64,000 nucleotides of DNA from an uncultured Steroidobacter sp. (GTDB lineage: Bacteria; Pseudomonadota; Gammaproteobacteria; Steroidobacterales; Steroidobacteraceae): positions 54,193 to 118,192 of the forward strand of contig CAYWHG010000001.1 in NCBI GenBank assembly GCA_964457865.1. The letters run 5' to 3'. Position 1 is the stretch's first letter. Every line of letters begins with the position of its first letter. This document shows, one piece after another, positions 1 to 9,967 of the stretch. The translations under genes and the position numbers were made by a program. The notes below the pieces were generated by a model, which saw only the letters and a program-made list of their open reading frames with translations, searched no databases and was not told where the DNA came from.

Positions 1-2097
1 TACGTCGCGGCGGCCATCACTACCTCGATTGCTCTGGGCGGGTGTAAGCATGATTCACCGAGAACCATCGAGACGCCGGATCGTCTCGTGACGGCGGACA
101 GCGATACCGCCAACTGGGTGACACACGGCCGCACGTACTCGGAGCAGCGTTTCTCGCCGCTAGACCGCATCAACGTCGACACGGTGAAGGATCTCGGACT
201 GGCGTGGTACGTCGACTTCGATATCGGGCGCGGACAGGAGACGACGCCGCTAGTCGTCGATGGCGTCATCTATGCGACGAGTTCGTGGAGCAAGGTGTAC
301 GCGCTGGATGCGGCGTCGGGTCGGATGCTTTGGAAGTTTGATCCGGAGGTTCCCGGTGAGACCGCCATCAAGGCTTGCTGCGATGTCGTCAACCGGGGCG
401 TGGCATTCTGGAACGGTCGAGTGTTCGTCGGGACGCTTGACGGACGCCTGATCGCGCTCGATGCGAAAACAGGCCAGGAGGTGTGGTCCGTCGTCACGGT
501 CGATCAATCGCAGCCGTACACGATCACCGGCGCACCGCGCGTCGTGCGAGGCAACGTCATTATCGGCAACGGCGGCGCGGAATATGGCGTGCGCGGTTAC
601 GTGTCGGCCTACGACGCGTCGATGGGGGCGCTGTCGTGGCGTTTCTACACCGTGCCAGGCGATCCATCGAAACCCGTCGAGCATCCTGATCTGCGCGCAG
701 CCGCCGCCACGTGGACAGGTGAATGGTGGAAGCTCGGTGGCGGCGGCACCGTGTGGGATTCGATGGCATACGACGCGGAGCTCGATCTTCTCTATATCGG
801 TGTCGGTAACGGTTCGCCGTGGAATCAGAAGCTGCGCAGCCCCGGCGGCGGCGACAATTTGTACCTGTCCTCGATCGTCGCGCTGCGTCCGGGCAGCGGA
901 GAGTATGTCTGGCACTACCAGACCACACCCGGCGAGATGTGGGACTACACAGCGACCCAGCACATGGTGCTCGCGGATCTTGAGATCGAAGGCGTCGCCC
1001 GAAAAGTGCTGATGCAAGCGCCCAAGAACGGCTTCTTCTACGTCCTTGATCGCGCGAACGGCAAGTTGCTTTCCGCGACTCCTTACGCTCCGATCAATTG
1101 GGCGAGCGGTGTCGACATGCAAACGGGTCGCCCGATCGTGAATCCCGATGCGTACTATCCGACGACAGGCAAACCCTGGCTTGCCATGCCGGGTCTGCTC
1201 GGCGCGCACAACTGGCATCCGATGTCGTTCAACCCGACTACAGGGCTGATGTATATCCCGAGTTTCGAGCTGGGGTTTCCGTACGTCGCCGACAACAAGT
1301 TTGAGCCGCGCCAGCTTGCGGTCAATCTGGGCATTGATCTCGAGGCCGCCAGTCTGCCGCAGGATGCGCAGGTGAAGGCCCAGGTGCTGAGCGCTGTGCG
1401 CGGTCATCTGATCGCGTGGGATCCCGTTGCCAAAAGGAAGATGTGGGACGTCGAGCACGCCGCCGCGTGGAATGGAGGCGTGCTGTCGACAGCGGGCAAT
1501 CTGGTGTTTCAAGGTACCGCGGCGGGCGAATTTGTCGCGTACGAGGCAAGCTCCGGCCGGAAACTCTGGACCTACGCGGCCCAGGAAGGGATCGTCGCGC
1601 CACCGATCACATATGCAGTCGGTTCCGATCAGTACGTGCTCGTCGCCGCCGGTTGGGGTGGTGTGTTCGCGCTCCTGACCGGTGAGATCGCCAGGCAAAA
1701 CAGCAAGGCCGGCCAGAATGGGCGGCTCCTGGCATTCAAGCTCGGAGCGCGGCAGGCGCTGCCGCCGGCTGAGATTCAGCGGCGGCCATTGTCGAAGCTT
1801 CCGGAGCGGTTCGGCGATGCGGCATTGATCGAGCAGGGCAAGTCCACGTATCAGCGCTTCTGCGCAGGATGTCATGGCGACTCCGCAGTATCAGGCGGTG
1901 TGCTGCCCGATTTGCGTCGGTCCGGGGCAGCAGGCGACAAGGCTGCCTGGCATGCGATTGTGCGCGAAGGCGTACTGCGGGCGCGTGGCATGGTTTCATT
2001 TGCCGGCGAATTGACCGTGGAAGATGCGGAAGCGATTCGTGCCTATGTTGCACAGCGTGCGAGCGAAGATCCTTCGCTCATGTCTGCTGACAAGTAG
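1..2097 (+). CDS. PQQ-dependent quinohemoprotein alcohol dehydrogenase (type II) with C-terminal cytochrome c; 5' end lies outside the window; probable lipoprotein
   Basis: Frame is open from base 1 (YVAAAITTSIALGGCKH..., lipobox-like LGGC). Contains vicinal CCDVVNRG, PQQ beta-propeller repeats, WDYTATQ and a C-terminal CAGCH heme motif. Confidence 0.93.
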   Translation, partial: YVAAAITTSIALGGCKHDSPRTIETPDRLVTADSDTANWVTHGRTYSEQRFSPLDRINVDTVKDLGLAWYVDFDIGRGQETTPLVVDGVIYATSSWSKVYALDAASGRMLWKFDPEVPGETAIKACCDVVNRGVAFWNGRVFVGTLDGRLIALDAKTGQEVWSVVTVDQSQPYTITGAPRVVRGNVIIGNGGAEYGVRGYVSAYDASMGALSWRFYTVPGDPSKPVEHPDLRAAAATWTGEWWKLGGGGTVWDSMAYDAELDLLYIGVGNGSPWNQKLRSPGGGDNLYLSSIVALRPGSGEYVWHYQTTPGEMWDYTATQHMVLADLEIEGVARKVLMQAPKNGFFYVLDRANGKLLSATPYAPINWASGVDMQTGRPIVNPDAYYPTTGKPWLAMPGLLGAHNWHPMSFNPTTGLMYIPSFELGFPYVADNKFEPRQLAVNLGIDLEAASLPQDAQVKAQVLSAVRGHLIAWDPVAKRKMWDVEHAAAWNGGVLSTAGNLVFQGTAAGEFVAYEASSGRKLWTYAAQEGIVAPPITYAVGSDQYVLVAAGWGGVFALLTGEIARQNSKAGQNGRLLAFKLGARQALPPAEIQRRPLSKLPERFGDAALIEQGKSTYQRFCAGCHGDSAVSGGVLPDLRRSGAAGDKAAWHAIVREGVLRARGMVSFAGELTVEDAEAIRAYVAQRASEDPSLMSADK

Positions 2098-2108
2098 CGC
2101 ATGCGGCT

Positions 2109-3128
2109 GTGAAGCCTTGCATGCAGTTCCAATTGGCCACACTGCGCGGTGATGACGACTCCGTGTTTGCCGCAGTGGTTGTCGGGGACAGGGTGACCCG
2201 TCTTGCGGACGTGAAATCTGCGGCTGCGCAACCCGGTCCGACATTGCGCAGCCGTGGTGACGAACTCCTCGACCTGTTCGTCCACTGGGATCACGACTTT
2301 CCGATCCTGCAGCGGATGGCTGCCCGCTTTGGCAGCGATGCGAATTTCATTGCGAGCCTGCCGCTGCGACAGTTCGAACCCTGCGCGCCGTTTGTGCCCA
2401 GGCAAACGTTCTGTGCCATCAACAACTATCGCAGTCATCTCATCAGAAGCGAGCGCAACTCGTCTGACAATCGGGGGCTTTCGCCCGAGGAACAGCACGC
2501 ACAGGACGAGAGCATGCTGGCGCAGCGTCTCGATGGAGCGCCCTATATGTGCTTCAAGTTGCCCAGTACGATCGCGGGGCCGAACGAGGTGTTGTCGATC
2601 CCGTCGGCAGCGACGCGTGTCGACTGGGAGCTGGAACTCGGTGTGGTCCTTGCGCGTGCCTGTCGCAAGGTGAGTCGGGCGCAGGCAATGGAATTCGTCG
2701 CCGGGTATGTCGTCGTCAACGACATTACGGCGCGCGACGCCGTCTTTCGCAAAGACGTGCCGAAGCTCGGCACCGACTGGTTGCAGTCGAAGAACGCGCC
2801 GGGCTTCCTGCCGTTCGGGCCATTTGTCGTACCCGCGGCGTATGTGAAAGATCCGTACGCACTGCGCATGACTTTGAAACTCAATGGCGATGTGATGCAG
2901 GACGAGTGTGTCGCGGACATGCTGTTCGATATAGCGAGCCAGATCGAGTACGTGTCGCATCACGCCGCGCTCTGGCCTGGCGATGTGATCTGCACCGGGA
3001 CGCCAGCCGGTTGCGGCATTCACGTGGGTCGATTCCTCATGCCCGGCGACTACATCGAGGCGACGATCACCGGGCTTGGAACGCAGCGCACCCGTGTCGT
3101 GCAGGATGTGGCGAGGGAATCGAAGTGA
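2109..3128 (+). CDS. Fumarylacetoacetate hydrolase (FAH) family protein
   Basis: DWELELGVV, GYVVVNDITARD, SKNAPGFLPFGP and GDVICTGTPAG motifs. Confidence 0.88.
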   Translation: MKPCMQFQLATLRGDDDSVFAAVVVGDRVTRLADVKSAAAQPGPTLRSRGDELLDLFVHWDHDFPILQRMAARFGSDANFIASLPLRQFEPCAPFVPRQTFCAINNYRSHLIRSERNSSDNRGLSPEEQHAQDESMLAQRLDGAPYMCFKLPSTIAGPNEVLSIPSAATRVDWELELGVVLARACRKVSRAQAMEFVAGYVVVNDITARDAVFRKDVPKLGTDWLQSKNAPGFLPFGPFVVPAAYVKDPYALRMTLKLNGDVMQDECVADMLFDIASQIEYVSHHAALWPGDVICTGTPAGCGIHVGRFLMPGDYIEATITGLGTQRTRVVQDVARESK

Positions 3129-4453
3129 GAGATCCCGGATCGTGCGCCGCTGTGATGGTCCAACCGGGCTCGCCGCCTGTCAGTCGTGCGGGATACGTGC
3201 TCGCCCTGCTCACTGCGACCTACGCGGTGAACTTCCTCGATCGGCAGGTCGTCAACATCCTTGCCGAATCCATCAAGCGCGATCTGCAGATCTCCGACAC
3301 CCAGCTCGGCTTGCTGACCGGTACGGCGTTCGGTCTCTTCTATTCGATCCTCGGCGTGCCGATCGCGCGTCTGGCAGATCGCTACAACCGGGTCAGGATC
3401 ATCACGTTCGCGCTCGCGATCTGGAGCGTGCTGACGGCCGCATGCGGCGCAGCACAGAGCTATGGACAGCTCTTCCTGATGCGCCTGGGCGTCGGCGTGG
3501 GCGAGGCGGGCGGAACGCCGCCGTCGCACTCGCTGATCGCGGACTACTTTTCGCAGGAGACGCGCACGCTCGCAATGGCGGTGTTCGCGTTGGGAGTTCC
3601 GCTCGGCAGTTTCTGCGGCTTCCTGCTCGGCGGCATTCTCGACGTCGGCTGGGGGTGGAGAACCGCATTCGTGGTTGCCGGCGTCCCGGGGATCATTCTG
3701 GCGTTGCTTGTTGCATTTACCATCCGCGAGCCGCTGCGAGGGATGAGCGATCTCGCGCGCGGCGCGCCTGCCGATGCGACCAGCACGTCGTTGCGAGTGT
3801 CGCTCGCGGAGATCTTTGCGCAGGGCTCGTTCGTTCGCCTCGTGCTCGGCGGCACCTGCGGCATATTCATCGTGTACGTCACGAATGCCTGGCTCCCGTC
3901 GTTCTTCATGCGCCTGCACGCACTGGACGCTGCGCAAGTCGGTGGCTGGATCGCATTCTGCGTGGGCGGCGGCGGCTTGATTGGCTCGCTCGGCGGCGGT
4001 TGGATGGCAACGAAGTTGAAACGGCGCCACCCGCGCGCCGAAGCGTGGGTGATCGCGACGTCGACATTGTTGACGGGCCCGGCGTTGCTCGCGACGCTCT
4101 TCGCCGAATCGACGTCGTGGGCGCTCGCCAGCATGTTCGCGCTGTATACGCTGAGCTATGTGTGGATCGGTCCGACGTCAGCGCTCATCCAGCGAGTCAC
4201 GCCGATTCGATCGCGCACGCTTGCTGCGGGCCTGCAGCTCTCCATTGCGACTGTGATCGCACTGCTGTTCGGTCCGCCGCTGGTCGGCTACATCAGCGAT
4301 CAGCTCGAACCCACGCTCGGCATCGCGTCATTGCGTTACGCGCTGGCAACGACAGCGTTCGTGTCGTTGCTTGGCGCCGCAGTCTACGTATCCGCCGGAA
4401 AGCACTTGCTGCGCGATCTGCATGAGGCTTCCGCCCGAGAGGCTGCGAACTGA
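3125..4453 (+). CDS. MFS transporter (spinster-like)
   Basis: NFLDRQVVNIL, ARLADRYNR and RLGVGVGEAG motifs with about 12 hydrophobic segments. GTG at 3125 overlaps the upstream stop; ATG 3155 is an alternative start. Confidence 0.9.
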   Translation: MRDPGSCAAVMVQPGSPPVSRAGYVLALLTATYAVNFLDRQVVNILAESIKRDLQISDTQLGLLTGTAFGLFYSILGVPIARLADRYNRVRIITFALAIWSVLTAACGAAQSYGQLFLMRLGVGVGEAGGTPPSHSLIADYFSQETRTLAMAVFALGVPLGSFCGFLLGGILDVGWGWRTAFVVAGVPGIILALLVAFTIREPLRGMSDLARGAPADATSTSLRVSLAEIFAQGSFVRLVLGGTCGIFIVYVTNAWLPSFFMRLHALDAAQVGGWIAFCVGGGGLIGSLGGGWMATKLKRRHPRAEAWVIATSTLLTGPALLATLFAESTSWALASMFALYTLSYVWIGPTSALIQRVTPIRSRTLAAGLQLSIATVIALLFGPPLVGYISDQLEPTLGIASLRYALATTAFVSLLGAAVYVSAGKHLLRDLHEASAREAAN

Positions 4454-4494
4454 CGATCCAGCCGCTGCACGATTGACATGACGCGGCCGGCGGA

Positions 4495-4525
4495 TGATTA
4501 TGATGTTAAGTATTTATGTTACTGT
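4495..4525 (+). promoter_or_regulatory. AT-rich promoter region of the hpa operon, possible HpaR (MarR) site
   Basis: AT-rich GATTATGATGTTAAGTATTTATGTTA in a GC-rich background just upstream of the first hpa gene. Resemblance to HpaR sites is loose. Confidence 0.35.
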
Positions 4526-4551
4526 GATCTCATAACGTTCCTCGACCGCTC

Positions 4552-4965
4552 ATGCCACACATCCTCATCGAATACTCGGCGAACCTGGAAGACCAGCTGG
4601 ACTTTCCGGCGGTGCTGAAGGCGCTGGGCGATGCGGCGGTCGCCACCGGAGTATTCCCGCTCGGAGGCATTCGCATCCGTGCGTACCCGACGACTCACTA
4701 CCGCATCGCCGATGGTCATCCGGACAACGCATTCATTCACGTGTTGCTGAAGGTGGGGCATGGACGCGAGGCGGCGACGCGCCAGCGTGCGTGCGAGGCG
4801 ATCTTCAGTGTGTTGAGCGAGCATCTCGATGGCGCCTATCAGCGATTGCCGCTCGGTATCTCGCTCGAAATGCAGGAAATCGATCCAGTGCTCACTTTCA
4901 AACGCAACAACCTGCACGACTACGTGAAGCGTCGCCAGGCCGGCGAAGGGGGCGGACATGGGTAG
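4552..4965 (+). CDS. hpaF: 5-carboxymethyl-2-hydroxymuconate delta-isomerase
   Basis: N-terminal MPHILIEYSANL (catalytic Pro), GVFPLGGIRIRA, FKRNNLH; hpa context. Confidence 0.9.
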   Translation: MPHILIEYSANLEDQLDFPAVLKALGDAAVATGVFPLGGIRIRAYPTTHYRIADGHPDNAFIHVLLKVGHGREAATRQRACEAIFSVLSEHLDGAYQRLPLGISLEMQEIDPVLTFKRNNLHDYVKRRQAGEGGGHG

Positions 4966-6487
4966 CGCAGCTGGCAATTTGCAGGAGAACCTTGCAAAGG
5001 CGCAGGTCTATCTGCAGCGATTCCAGGGCGAGACGCTCGGTCACTTCATCAATGGCGAGCGATCTGCCGCACATGCCAGCGAGACGTTCGTCAATCACTC
5101 GCCCGTCGATGGCAGCGTTCTGAATCAGGTGGCCGCAGGGGACGAGGCGGATGTCCATGCCGCTGCGACTGCGGCTGCTGCGGCGTTTCCGGTGTGGCGC
5201 GACAAGAGCGGCGAGCAGCGTCGTGCGATCCTGCACCGCGTTGCGGATCTGATCGAAGCGCGCCGGGAAGAAATCGCCTTCGTCGAATGCATGGATACAG
5301 GTCAGCCGCTGCGTTTCATGAGTGGCGCGGCAACGCGAGGCGCGGAAAACTTCCGCTTCTTCGCCGACCGCGCGCCGGGCGCGAGCGATGGCCTTGCGCT
5401 GCCTGCGAGCGAGCACATCAATTACACCGTGCGTCAGCCGCTCGGACCTGTTGCGATCATCACGCCGTGGAATACCCCGTTCATGCTGTCGACGTGGAAA
5501 ATCGCGCCGGCGCTGGCGGCAGGATGCACGATCGTGCACAAGCCTGCCGAGTGGAGCCCGCTTTCCGCGATGCTGCTCGCGGAGATCATGACGGAGGCCG
5601 GTGTGCCGCCGGGCGTCGTGAACCTTGTCAATGGCTTCGGCGAAACTGCCGGCAAGCGCCTCACCGAACATCCGGCGATCAAGGCAACGGCATTCATCGG
5701 CGAGTCGCGTACCGGCAGTCTGATCATGTCGCAAGGTGCGCCGACACTGAAGCGAGTTCACCTGGAGCTGGGCGGCAAGAATCCCGTCATCGTCTTCGAC
5801 GACGCCGATCTCGACCGTGCGCTCGATGCCGTCGTGTTCATGATCTACAGCCTCAATGGCGAACGCTGCACGTCGTCGAGCCGGCTGCTGTTGCAGCGTT
5901 CGATCCACGAGCGCTTCGTCGAGCGCCTCGCGGAACGGGTGGCGCGATTGAAGGTCGGTCATCCGCTGGATCCTGTTACCGAGATCGGACCGCTGATCCA
6001 TGAGCGACATGTCGACAAGGTGCTGAGCTATTTTCAGATCGCAAAGGAAGACGGCGCGATGATCAGGGTCGGCGGCACGCGTGCCGAGGCGGCAGCGGGT
6101 GGTTGCTACGTGAAGCCGACGCTATTCACGCAGGCAACGAATCGCATGCGTATCGCGCGCGAGGAGATTTTCGGCCCCGTGCTGACGGCGATTGCGTTCG
6201 ACGATGAGAAGGACGCGCTGGAAATTGCCAACGATACGCCTTACGGGCTCGCCGCGTATGTCTGGACGACCGATGCCGGTCAGGCGCTGCGAATGGCGCA
6301 CAAAGTCGAGGCGGGCATGGTGTGGGTCAACTCGGAGAACAATCGACACCTGCCGACGCCGTTTGGCGGCGTCAAGGCGAGCGGCATCGGTCGCGACGGT
6401 GGCGACTTCAGCTTCGACTTCTACATGGAGACGAAGAACATCTGCCTGGCGCACGGCACGCATCGCGTTCCGAAGCTTGGTGCCTGA
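4958..6487 (+). CDS. hpaE: 5-carboxymethyl-2-hydroxymuconate semialdehyde dehydrogenase
   Basis: ALDH motifs ITPWNTPFMLSTWKIAPALAAG, LELGGKNP, SLNGERCTSSSR and EEIFGPV; hpa context. Confidence 0.92.
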   Translation: MGSAAGNLQENLAKAQVYLQRFQGETLGHFINGERSAAHASETFVNHSPVDGSVLNQVAAGDEADVHAAATAAAAAFPVWRDKSGEQRRAILHRVADLIEARREEIAFVECMDTGQPLRFMSGAATRGAENFRFFADRAPGASDGLALPASEHINYTVRQPLGPVAIITPWNTPFMLSTWKIAPALAAGCTIVHKPAEWSPLSAMLLAEIMTEAGVPPGVVNLVNGFGETAGKRLTEHPAIKATAFIGESRTGSLIMSQGAPTLKRVHLELGGKNPVIVFDDADLDRALDAVVFMIYSLNGERCTSSSRLLLQRSIHERFVERLAERVARLKVGHPLDPVTEIGPLIHERHVDKVLSYFQIAKEDGAMIRVGGTRAEAAAGGCYVKPTLFTQATNRMRIAREEIFGPVLTAIAFDDEKDALEIANDTPYGLAAYVWTTDAGQALRMAHKVEAGMVWVNSENNRHLPTPFGGVKASGIGRDGGDFSFDFYMETKNICLAHGTHRVPKLGA

Positions 6488-6497
6488 GGGTACGGCA

Positions 6498-7409
6498 ATG
6501 ACAACCATCCTTGAGTCACTGAGAGGCTCGATACCGCCGATCGTGACGCCGTTTCGCAACGGCGAGGTCGACTACGACGCGTACGAGAAGCTCGTCGCTT
6601 TCCAGATCGACAACGGCTCGCATGGGATTCTCGTCAATGGTACGACCGCAGAGCCTTCGACGTTGACGACGGACGAGCGCAATCGCCTGGTAGACGTTGC
6701 AGTGAAGGTCGTAGCCAGGCGCGTTCCCGTCGTGGCTGCGACGGGTTCGCAGTCGCTCAGGGAAACCGTGCAACTCACGGAGTACGCGGCAGAGGCGGGC
6801 GCCGATGCCCTCTTGATCGTCACGCCGTACTACATCCGTCCGCCGCAGCGCGGACTGATCGCGTACTACCTCGAACTCGCGCGCATCAGCAACTTGCCCT
6901 GGATGGTCTATCACATCCCGGGCCGCGCTGCGGTGAACGTCACGATCGACACGCTGCAGGAACTCAAATCCCGTTCGGCGACGTTCGTGGGCATGAAGCA
7001 CGCGGTGAACGATCTGGCGCTCGTGTCCGAATGCATCAACGCCTTCGGCACGGATTTCCGGATCTTCGTCGGCCTGGAAGAACTGAGCTTTCCGATGATG
7101 GCCGTCGGCGCGTGTGGGCTCATGAATGCCGTCGGCAATCTGCGTCCGAGGATCCTCGCCGATCTGTGCGATGCCGTGTGGTGCAACGACATGGAGCGTG
7201 CACAGGTGCTGCACCATCAGCTCTTCGAGATAAATCAGGCGGTGTTTTACGACACGAATCCGATTCCGATGAAGTACATGATGAAGCGTCTGGGGATTCT
7301 GCCGGCCAACGAGCATCGCTTGCCGATGGTTCCGGCAACACCAGAACTCGAACGGAAGCTCGACGGCGTACTACGCAGAGCCAGATTGCTCGAGGAGTCC
7401 GCTGCTTGA
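6498..7409 (+). CDS. hpaI: 2,4-dihydroxyhept-2-ene-1,7-dioate aldolase, DapA-like HpaI
   Basis: DapA fold with GSIPPIVTPF, NGTTAEP, YYIRPPQRGL and GMKHAVND; start re-assigned to ATG 6498. Confidence 0.85.
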   Translation: MTTILESLRGSIPPIVTPFRNGEVDYDAYEKLVAFQIDNGSHGILVNGTTAEPSTLTTDERNRLVDVAVKVVARRVPVVAATGSQSLRETVQLTEYAAEAGADALLIVTPYYIRPPQRGLIAYYLELARISNLPWMVYHIPGRAAVNVTIDTLQELKSRSATFVGMKHAVNDLALVSECINAFGTDFRIFVGLEELSFPMMAVGACGLMNAVGNLRPRILADLCDAVWCNDMERAQVLHHQLFEINQAVFYDTNPIPMKYMMKRLGILPANEHRLPMVPATPELERKLDGVLRRARLLEESAA

Positions 7410-8266
7410 AACTTCTGAATTTTTCCGTCGAGGGACGCGAGAGCGTCGGCGTCATTACTCCGGATGGCGGTGTTACGGACCTGGGTCGTCTGTTTCCGCA
7501 GGTCGCCGACGCTGTCTCGCTGCTGCGGACCGGGCTCGCGGAATCCGCCGCCAAGATTGCGTCGACTGCGCGCCATGACTATGCCTTGTCCGATGTGCAG
7601 GTGCTGAAGCCGGTCGGCCGTGGACTTCGCTATTTTTGCATCGGCGTGAACTATCCGGAGCGCAACGAAGAGTATCGCGACGCGAGCGAGCGTCCGAAGT
7701 ATCCGAGTCTGTTCATGCGCACGCACTCGTCATTCGTGGCGCACGTGCAGCCAATCGTGCGGCCCAGGGAGTCCGAGCAACTCGACTACGAAGGCGAGAT
7801 CGTCATCGTCATCGGTCAGGGCGGACGGCGAATCCCGCAGGCGTGCGCATTGGACCACGTCTTTGCGTACTCGTGTGCGAACGAGGGCTCGGTACGCGAT
7901 TGGCTGCGCCACTCGAAGTTCAATGTCACGCAAGGCAAGAATTTCGACCGTTCGGGTTCGATCGGTCCGTGGCTTGTAACTGCAGATGAAGTGGGCGATG
8001 CGCCTCTGCGCGTAACGACGCGCGTGAATGGCGAACTGCGTCAGGACGACACCAGCGATCGCATGCTGTTTCCGATCCCCTACCTGATTCATTACCTGTC
8101 GACGTTCTGCACGCTTGAGCCGGGCGACGTTATCCTTACCGGAACGCCGAGCGGGGCGGGTGCGAGATTCGACCCACCCCGTTATCTGAAAGCCGGAGAC
8201 CATGTCGAGGTGGAGGTGGCGCGCGTCGGGGTGCTGCACAACAGGGTAGTGGACGATGAAACCTAA
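7406..8266 (+). CDS. FAH family protein (HpaG-like isomerase/decarboxylase candidate)
   Basis: CIGVNY, LDYEGEIVIVIG, NEGSVRDW, GKNFDRSGSIGP and GDVILTGTPSG; TTG start overlaps the hpaI stop. Confidence 0.85.
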   Translation: MKLLNFSVEGRESVGVITPDGGVTDLGRLFPQVADAVSLLRTGLAESAAKIASTARHDYALSDVQVLKPVGRGLRYFCIGVNYPERNEEYRDASERPKYPSLFMRTHSSFVAHVQPIVRPRESEQLDYEGEIVIVIGQGGRRIPQACALDHVFAYSCANEGSVRDWLRHSKFNVTQGKNFDRSGSIGPWLVTADEVGDAPLRVTTRVNGELRQDDTSDRMLFPIPYLIHYLSTFCTLEPGDVILTGTPSGAGARFDPPRYLKAGDHVEVEVARVGVLHNRVVDDET

Positions 8267-8816
8267 GGCCAGGAACACTATTCGGAAGAAATCGAAACAG
8301 GCAGATGCGTCGGTCGTTGCGCGCCGCGCGCTGCCGATGCGAGAGTTCTCGCGCTCCCTGCCGATGGCGCTGCTGCGTGCGCGTGAGGCGGTGATGCAGC
8401 GGTTTCGTCCTGCGCTGCGAGATCAGGGTGTCACCGAGCAGCAGTGGCGCATCCTCCGAGCGCTCGCGCACTCCGGTCCCATTGAAGTGACCGCGCTGGC
8501 CGACGCGACGTTCCTGCTGGCGCCGAGTCTGTCGCGCATCCTTCCCGATCTCGAAGCGCGTGGACTGATTGCCCGCAAGCAGCTGGAAAGCGATCGTCGT
8601 CGCGCGCTGGTGAGTCTTCAGCCGCAGGGTTTGAAGCTCATTGCCGCGCACGCACCGGATTCGGAGAGCGTGTACGACCAGATCGCCAGGGCGTTCGGCA
8701 AAGAGCGTCTCGATCACCTGTTTGAGCTGCTCAAGGAACTGGAGAACAGCCTTGAGGTACGCGGCGATACGCAGTCGCAGGTAACGAGGCGCTCACGGGC
8801 CGCTCGCGGGCGCTGA
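8256..8816 (+). CDS. hpaR: MarR-family homoprotocatechuate operon regulator
   Basis: RSLPMALLRAREAVMQRFRPAL, VTEQQWRILRAL and LLAPSLSRIL typical of HpaR. Confidence 0.88.
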   Translation: MKPKARNTIRKKSKQADASVVARRALPMREFSRSLPMALLRAREAVMQRFRPALRDQGVTEQQWRILRALAHSGPIEVTALADATFLLAPSLSRILPDLEARGLIARKQLESDRRRALVSLQPQGLKLIAAHAPDSESVYDQIARAFGKERLDHLFELLKELENSLEVRGDTQSQVTRRSRAARGR

Positions 8817-8834
8817 CAGCAGCAAGGTGGGCGC

Positions 8835-9143
8835 ATGAGTCTCTATCAAGTTCAGAAACTCATCTATCAGTTGAATCGCGATCCGGCTTTGCAGCAGAAG
8901 TTCCGAACCGACCTGTCGGAAGTCCTGACGGGCTATGACCTCAGCGAGGAGGAAAGGCGCGCCATTCGCGAGCCCGACATAGGGCTGCTCTACGTCATGG
9001 GCGTGAACGGTCAGATCCTGATGCACTTTGCGGCGTTCCGTGGTTTCGAATGGAGCGCGTACATCGAGGCCATGCGAGAAGGGGAGCGCAAGCATGGACC
9101 GGTCAGGGTGGGCCTCTACAGCTCCGCGGAGAGCCGGTCATGA
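8835..9143 (+). CDS. Extradiol dioxygenase small (LigA/CarBa-like) subunit
   Basis: MSLYQVQKLIYQLNRD, YDLSEEERRAI and LYVMGVNGQILMHF; overlaps the LigB-type gene. Confidence 0.8.
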   Translation: MSLYQVQKLIYQLNRDPALQQKFRTDLSEVLTGYDLSEEERRAIREPDIGLLYVMGVNGQILMHFAAFRGFEWSAYIEAMREGERKHGPVRVGLYSSAESRS

Positions 9144-9967
9144 GTCTCGTGTTCGCAGGCGTTTGCAGTCATGCGCCCGGGATTACGGGCCGCAAGGATC
9201 GGGCGGATCCCGTACTTCGGGATGGGCTCTATGCCGCCTACGACCGCATGCGGCTTGCGATCGAGGCGCAGCGCCCCGATGCCTTGATCGTGATCGCGGC
9301 CGAGCATTTCGCCAACTTCTTCATGAACAACATGCCTTCGCTCTGCGTGGGGATGGCGGATCACTACGAGGGGCCGATCGAGGACGAAGCCTGGCTCGGC
9401 ATCAGGCGCACACGCGTTCCCGGTGCTCCCGACTTGTCGCGTCAACTCATCACGGAGGTAATGAATAGTGTCGATCTGGCGTATGCGCAGGAATGGAAGT
9501 TCGACCACGGTATCAGCGTGCCGCTGCACTTCCTCACGCCTCGCTACGATCTGCCGGTGATCCCCGTGAACATCAATTGTCAGGGACCGCCCCTGATTCC
9601 GTTGCACCGAGCCTACGAATTCGGTCGCGCGCTGCGCCGTGCTTGCGATCATGTGCCGGAGCGTATTGCGCTCGTCGGCACGGGTGGGATCTCGCACTGG
9701 CCAGCAACGCCGGATTCCGGGCGGATCAACGAGGCATGGGATCGAGAGTTTCTCGACCATTGGCTCAACAATCGCAAGGACGCACTGCTTGCGTACGACG
9801 ACGACGAAACCTGGCGGATCGCCGGTCAGGGTGGCTTCGAGATCAGAACGTACATCTCCGTCTGCGGCGCCACGGAAGGTTCGACCGGTGAACTGTGGTA
9901 CTACGCTCCCATCCCGATCTTTGCGGTGGGCTGCACCGTGGCGGTCATGGACGTGCCCAGCCGCTGA
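9140..9967 (+). CDS. Class III extradiol ring-cleavage dioxygenase large (LigB/CarBb-like) subunit
   Basis: SHAPG, EHFANF, DHGISVPL, GGISHWP and GGFEIR motifs retain the His/His/Glu iron ligands; ATG at 9140. Confidence 0.88.
   Translation: MSLVFAGVCSHAPGITGRKDRADPVLRDGLYAAYDRMRLAIEAQRPDALIVIAAEHFANFFMNNMPSLCVGMADHYEGPIEDEAWLGIRRTRVPGAPDLSRQLITEVMNSVDLAYAQEWKFDHGISVPLHFLTPRYDLPVIPVNINCQGPPLIPLHRAYEFGRALRRACDHVPERIALVGTGGISHWPATPDSGRINEAWDREFLDHWLNNRKDALLAYDDDETWRIAGQGGFEIRTYISVCGATEGSTGELWYYAPIPIFAVGCTVAVMDVPSR

Noticed and set aside
930-965. Lanthanide-dependent PQQ dehydrogenase
   Set aside because: The motif is WDYT, not the WDYD of lanthanide-binding XoxF/PedH types.
6498-7409. dapA (lysine biosynthesis)
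   Set aside because: The hpa context and KHAVND motif fit the DapA-like HpaI aldolase.
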